From Octopus vulgaris (Eukaryota), in assembly GCA_951406725.2 (NCBI GenBank), contig OX597822.1, positions 2,170,001 to 2,234,000 on the forward strand: DNA of 64,000 nt, in the 5' to 3' direction. Made by a program: the position numbers and the translations under genes. Every line of letters begins with the position of its first letter. Within the stretch, counting starts at the first letter, position 1. The notes under the pieces are model-generated. The model did no database searches. It worked only from the letters and a program-made list of their open reading frames with translations, and had not been told where the DNA came from. This document shows positions 57,597 through 64,000 of this stretch, in pieces.

Positions 57597-57826
57597 ATTA
57601 AACGTTCTAATAAAAAAAGAATACATTTACAAAGAGCTTTAATACTCGAAAATAACTTGAAAGAATAACCTTTTCCGTAGGTTGTTTAATTATAAATTTA
57701 CTATATGACGCCGAGAGTTGATTTTTCAAAGAAAAGCCTAGTTATCGGATTCTGAAAATTTCTAAATCTTTCGTTGTGTTTTTCTTCGTTGCTTGATATA
57801 TAATAGAACAAGGCCTATACACGAAT

Positions 57827-58170
57827 GCGGCGAGCTGGTAGAAGCGGTAGCACGCCGGGCGAAATGCGTAGCCGTATTTCGTCAGCTGTTACGTTCCGAG
57901 TTCAAATTCTGCTGAGGTCGACTTTACCTTTCATCCTTTCGGGGTCGATTTGTCTGTTCTGGTTTGTCCTCCCTGTGCTTAGCCCCTTGTGGGTAGTAAA
58001 GAAATAGGTATTTCGTCTGACTTTACGTCCTGAGTTCACAGTCCGCCGATGTCGACTTTGCATTTCTTCCTTTCGGGTTCGATAAATTAAGTACCACCCG
58101 CATACTAAGGTCGATCTAATCGACTGGTCCCTTCCTCAAAATTTCGGGCTTTGTGCCTAGAGCAGAAAAG
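57827..58170 (+). mobile_element. SINE family A with tandem second body
   Basis: gcggcgagctggtagaagcggtagcacgccgggcgaaatgcg... Confidence 0.85.
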
Positions 58171-58756
58171 GAATACGAGCTAATGTTTGCATAGGAGACA
58201 TTCTCAAACTATTTTTAACTAACTCAAACGCCTTTCTTTCACCAAAACTTTTTGAATGAAACCATGTTGCTCTTCAACATAATTATGTACGTCACTAAAA
58301 TAACTGTTCTCTTGGTAGTCGTCTTTAAATTGTTCCTTCCATTTAAGGTATTACAAAGCATTTCGATCACCAATATAGCCAGATGATACCCAGAAAAAAA
58401 CTTTGTCAATATTAGTGTAATTTGAAGCAATCTTTCGCCCACGCATTATCATGCAATTTGTATCCTGTTGTTAAGTAAAAATATTTCACCTGCTCATAGT
58501 GTGTTATCAACAATTTGTGATGAGTGGATATAGAGAATATTTCAGAAATCACTTCGTCATTTGAACAATATATAACATCAAAATGTGCTTTTTTTTTCTC
58601 CAATGCATAATAGACAAACAGATGAACACACAGACACAGACACACACGCGCGCACAAACACTCACAAACACACACGTTCATGTATATATATATATATATG
58701 CACATACATACACCATTATAATAAAAAATGATATATATGCTATATTATAATACATT

Positions 58757-58789
<33 letters not shown>

Positions 58790-58795
58790 TAGACA

Positions 58796-58842
<47 letters not shown>

Positions 58843-59629
58843 TTATATATACATACATATAATCTTGTAGCACATGATCTGCACTCACTCACATAGACAC
58901 ACATGCATGTACACAATCGTCGTGTTCATATAAAATCATGAATAAATATGTCTATGGCCATTAACTGCAAATATTGGCAAAGGAAATAGAATTTGTACAA
59001 CACACGTTTACCATATAATTGAACTCATGCAGGTATTTAGCACACTCAGAGCTAAAAAGCCTCAAATAAATTCCACATGCTCTGCTCAAACCCCAAGAAA
59101 CCCGGCTATTTCACTATTTCATATTTATATTGCTCAGTTTGGTAGTGAATGCATTTGTGTTTCTGTAAATAAATGGGATATATATGTGCATACACTTCAG
59201 CACATGCGCACGCATACAAACACACACACACACATACACACACACACTCACATATATTAGTTTTCAGGATAATTTACGTAACACCACGCTAAGAGTTTTC
59301 TGCGTGGCCCTTAACTTATATGCTTTTAACAGACATAGTACCCTATACGTATATGTTGTCTATATATATATATATTAGAAGAAATGAGGTACTCAGAAAT
59401 AAGGATGGTTTTATATTTACAGATATTTATTTGTATGTTACATGGTTTTATACATCATATATCATATAACAGCGCTTTCATCCATTCTAGTGGAATTGTC
59501 CAATTTAACTAAGTTCTTGTAGGAATTTTGACTCCTTTTATAGTGTTATTGAGTGTGTAGTGGTGGGGAGGGATATAAGATAGTTCAAGAATGATGAATG
59601 AGGAGAAAGTGAGAGAGAACATGTGCGTG

Positions 59630-59671
<42 letters not shown>

Positions 59672-59674
59672 TGT

Positions 59675-60095
59675 GTGTGCTGGTATCTGAAAGAAGTGTT
59701 AAAGAAAAACAAGAAAAGGAAGAAAAGGGAGAGAAAGAAGAAAATGAATTTTGTTGGTCTCTTTTGTAGCTGGTCAGGTTGGCACTAATAATCGACTGTT
59801 TACTCCAAGGGGGGCAAAATGCCACTTTTTAAAAATTGTCTGGATTTCTTTTTTATCATTGTCTTGTGAGAGTGTGTCTGGTGTATGTGTGTGTGGGGGG
59901 ATCTGTGTATCTGAAAGAAGTGTTAAATGGGAAAAAGTATTTATATTTTGGCAATTGATTTTTGGCTTTTAGAAATTGGCCACTTCAAGGGGGGTAAAAT
60001 GTCACTTTTCAAAAAATTGTCTGGATTTCTTTTTATTATTTTTTTGTGAGTGTGTGTGTGTGTGGGGGGGGGCTGTGAATCTGGAAGGGGTGTCG
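59675..60095. repeat. ~185 bp tandem repeat, about 2.3 copies
   Basis: tatctgaaagaagtgttaaa and caagggggg.aaaatg.cacttt..aaaaattgtctggatttcttttt repeated. Confidence 0.75.
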
Positions 60096-61269
60096 CTGGA
60101 AAAGGGAAGAGAGAAGAAAAAGGGAAAGAAGAAATAATTGTGCTGATATTTATACCACTGTTCAGTTCTTTCAATCCAATGTTTGATTCCTACTTCATAA
60201 CTAAGTTCTCCCCCAAATTGAATGGCTGAAAATATTTCTATAATAAGTTGTACTAGATGAAGGACCAAATTTGTAAATTGTATTGAACACGCACAGAAAG
60301 TACTACACATATGTACATATACGTAAATAAAAAACAATCTTTAATCCAGATTCTCCGTCTCATGTCAGCACAGGAATCAAACATTGGATTGAAAGAACTG
60401 ACACACTCATATACATATAATTATATACGCACATATTCATTTGTAGACGCATACCCCCACTCGCATACACATAGACACACAGGTATACCTGCAACCCCCT
60501 CTCGCGTACACATAGACACACAGGTATACCTGCATTTATACCAAGACCATTAGATCAATTCACTAATTGATAAAAATTATATACTTATATTAAGACCATT
60601 AGCCTCATATTACATTTGGAGGATGCATAAACACACCATATTATTCATACAGTTAAATCGACCTATCGAAAAATAAACTATATGTTGTTGTTTAAGACAA
60701 ATTTTATTAATTAATAGCTTGTCAACCCGTATTTGCATACACAAATTAAAAAAACAAGAAATTCATTAACTCCAAGAAATGTCTAAATCTAAATTACCAT
60801 AAAATAAAGAAAAACTAGCAACGTTCATAGATTTAGACTGGAATCAAAACACCTGTGTGTGTTATAACACACACACATACACAAACACACACACACTTAC
60901 ATGCATATACACACTTAATGATACATAAATATATAAATGTATCAATACAAATCAATATCAATACATTCACGTATGCATATAAACATACATTGATATAGAA
61001 TATTATATAAATACATACACATATACACACCGCCATCCATCCATATACATATATTGATATATACACACATACACACATACACACATAACATATATATATA
61101 TGAGGAATTCCAAACACGTTTCATGGTTTGCAACCTCAACAGTTCTTTTATAGGATTCAGTGGCTAAAGAATCATCGGGAGGAACCACACCCGGTTTAGG
61201 CCCCTAATCCTCTATCGTTTATGATGTAGCAGGGCTCCCCCTTTTGGAGGTATCTTCAGCTATGGTGTT

Positions 61270-62012
61270 GAGTGCGTTTCTGCTTTCCCTTTTTTTCTTT
61301 TGTTTGGTTTCTTCGATCCAGCGGCAACGAATGTCAGCGTGTGACCGACCATCCTGTCACATTCCTCTTTAAATACTCGTCCGTAGGCTCCAGACGTCAG
61401 CACCAGCTAACTGTCATGTGACGCTCTCTAAGCTTCAACTGGGCAATGGTGGGGAAGGGCGCGTATTCTTAGTTCATGCCCTCTCTAAACCTGCCTTCCA
61501 ACAACAGTGTCGTGTTAGTTTCAGTTCCAGCAGCCAGAGCCGACCAGCTGTTAGTACCAGCTGGTAGTACAAGGTAGTACAAGTTAGACCAGCTGGTAGT
61601 ACAAGACTGCGAACCGAGAGGAGGGCGCGCTATGAACGAGATCGCTACCTTGGCCTACCTGTCAATCAGCGATGCTGTTTAAGTGTCAGCCAGGCTAACC
61701 AAGAGACACTATTTCCTAGTCGGCATCTTATGGTTTTCAAGCCATTTTGGGTCTTCACGCTTCAGCCACTTATAGAAGCGGGCTTTTTCGATTGCCTCCT
61801 GTATCCGCCTTATTAGTTTTCTCAGCTCCGGGCTCGAAAATAAACCCCTTCTTTTAAATAACGTCGTCATTTTCCTTTCAATGAAATCCATAGACCCCAC
61901 TGCTAGTTGGTAATACTCGACAGTTCATCCCTCTTCTCCGCGCTCTTCGATTAATCTATCATACCTCTTCTCATTCCGTTGCTCTGCATTAGCGATGTTC
62001 TCTTCCCATGGC
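61270..62012 (-). mobile_element. HERO/NeSL-like RLE non-LTR retrotransposon 3' end with 3' UTR
   Basis: PWEENIANAEQRNEKRYDRLIEE..G*..LAVGSMDF..IQEAIEKARFYKWLKREDPKW matches the VPWEE..AHERK..KY..GW..VEVG.RGF..AE.AS.W.W.KR pattern. Confidence 0.75.
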
Positions 62013-62188
62013 ATATATTTATTTATTTATTCCTACGCCTCTGCAAATATATTATTAACTAAAATTCCTCAAATGTAATTGACATAAAGCGTAGACTAGT
62101 TAATAGACCCCCCCAGGTATATTATAGAAATATAAAACTATAAATCTATCCATTAAGACATACACACACACACACACTCACACACACA

Positions 62189-62262
<74 letters not shown>

Positions 62263-62719
62263 CATTATTAACATTTGACGGATATTTGTCCTCATTTTAT
62301 TTGTTGTTAACACAACGTATCGGCTGATATACCCTCCAGCCTTCATATATACATAAACAAATATGTATACACATACACTTATACACACACACACAAACAC
62401 ACACACACATATATATACATACTTATACATGCATGCATACACATATACATACCCATGTACATATACATACGTATATGCATATTTACATACACTTAAGTAT
62501 ACAGATACATACATATACATGCATGCATACACATATACAAACCCACGTACATATACATATATGCATATATACACACACTTAACTATATAGATACATACAT
62601 AGATAATCATAGACATATTTCGATACAAATACCAAGATGCATACCTCCATATATTTCATATAACGTATCAATTACTATTATATATTAATAAGGTTTATTA
62701 GTATAAAACATTTATAAAC

Positions 62720-63150
62720 TATCATTTATAAAATAAATATGTTTTTATAAAATTATGGGTACGATCCATATTCAAATTTGAGGTCGAATTGAACAATTTT
62801 AGACCAGACGTTAATATTTGATATAATTCATCCAGACCCTAGATTGTATCTATTAATTCCAGATGAGTATGATTTTGCAAAGCCGATTATAGACCATTTT
62901 TATCTCATAATCAATATCGTTTTTCTTTAGTCTCCGTATATATTTACTAAGTTTGGTAGATCCATCCCTTTTATTTATACCAAAATCTGAGCAAGGATAA
63001 TTATATCGTGACTTAAATTTGTTAGAAGTACATCCAATATAGAAAACCCAATCATATCTAGTTCTTGTCTAAGACCTCTATATTATATTCTTTTCAAGAC
63101 AAATCCCATTCAGTGGACAGTTAATCGTATTCCTACAATTAAATTTATTT
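62720..63150 (-). pseudogene. PLE GIY-YIG remnant (Penelope/Poseidon-like)
   Basis: NCRNTINCPLNGICL..FYIGCTSNKFKSRYN..STKLSKYIRRLKKNDIDYEIK..IIGFAKSY, with frameshifts. Confidence 0.7.
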
Positions 63151-63163
63151 ATTGTATTATTAC

Positions 63164-63240
<77 letters not shown>

Positions 63241-63307
63241 GTTGTTGTTGTTATTATTATTGTTGTTATTATTAATATTATTATTATTATTATTATCTTT
63301 ATTATTA

Positions 63308-63757
63308 TTGAGTGAGAGAGCAGTGTATGCTTTCAAAGTGACACTGGGGTAAAATATACGAAGCCCAGTATACCCATCATGACTACCCGTCTGATAAGGG
63401 TACACCAGGCACATGTATCACAACCATATGTGCGAGACATGGTGATCTCATATCATTAGAAACAGCGCATGACCTTGCACGTAGGGCCCAATTGGAATTT
63501 CTTTCTGGTCGAGTAGCCCATCCCGTTCAAAAGATCCGTGAATAAGGATTGTTTAAGGATGTTAAACGAACCACCCATGTTTCCGAAGGTGAATTATCCA
63601 AACCTCAAAGAATTCCTTTCGACACACAGCTATGAAGCTCCCCCTCTATTTCTGCTCGTGATCAGAGATGCACATATCGTCAGCCACTAAGGGACATGCT
63701 CAACTGGTTATGGTCAAACAACTGACAAGCAAATCTGTGGTATTGAACAGAATATTG
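63308..63757 (-). mobile_element. Second copy of the (AAT)n-tailed non-coding element
   Basis: Reverse-complement homolog of 53360-53847, adjacent to (TTA)n at 63155-63309. Confidence 0.75.
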
Positions 63758-64000
63758 AGCATAAATATACTACCAATAGTACCTATATCACTCTAGGTCA
63801 AAATATTTAATTATCGTAAGAAATTATACATAAATACATACATATACATATACAAACATACATATGTATATGTGTGTGTGTATGTGCGTGTATGTATGTA
63901 TGTATGTATGTATATCCAATGTTATTACCATTTCAAGTATGTCAGTGGCACGTTCGAATTCACTGTGTTGTCATTCTCGGTGTAGACAAATGACGTAAAT

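Noticed and set aside
58240-58600. Possible piggyBac transposase remnant on the minus strand
   Set aside because: Only vague similarity (TGY, GER); catalytic motifs not recoverable.
59462-59510. Minus-strand HHR-like TGGACAA-tcca/tgga-GAAAGCGCT
   Set aside because: Core mismatched, G at the cleavage position, weak stem I.
61106-61262. Minus-strand CCGATGA/CTGAAGA and GAAACGTGTT motifs
   Set aside because: Cannot assemble a complete HHR with consistent stems.

Overview
Eukaryotic, AT-rich, microsatellite-saturated intergenic or intronic DNA. The SINE families and (TA)n/(TATC)n/(AAT)n load suggest an octopus (coleoid cephalopod); this is an inference. I find no convincing host exon, and most ORF-track entries are microsatellite artefacts. 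The window is a transposon mosaic. (1) A near-intact Neptune-type Penelope-like element (PLE) at 1-~4330 carries an upstream coiled-coil/Pro-rich ORF1, a T-TTT-TTA slippery site at the ORF1/RT junction, RT plus GIY-YIG, and a U3-A8-variant hammerhead ribozyme (HHR) at its 3' end. (2) It is followed by a ~2.6 kb palindrome with a well-formed type I HHR in each arm. (3) More HHR motifs, short inverted pLTR-like pairs in (TA)n and three other PLE coding remnants occur across the window. (4) A nest of R4/Dong-type RLE retrotransposon 3' ends sits in (AAT)n. (5) There are also Helitron, MULE, mariner, RTE, HERO-like and possible Polinton remnants, MITEs and many tRNA-derived SINEs. The most interesting signal is the PLE/HHR system: candidate -1 frameshifting, covarying HHR cores and recurrent inverted HHR-bearing non-coding elements.
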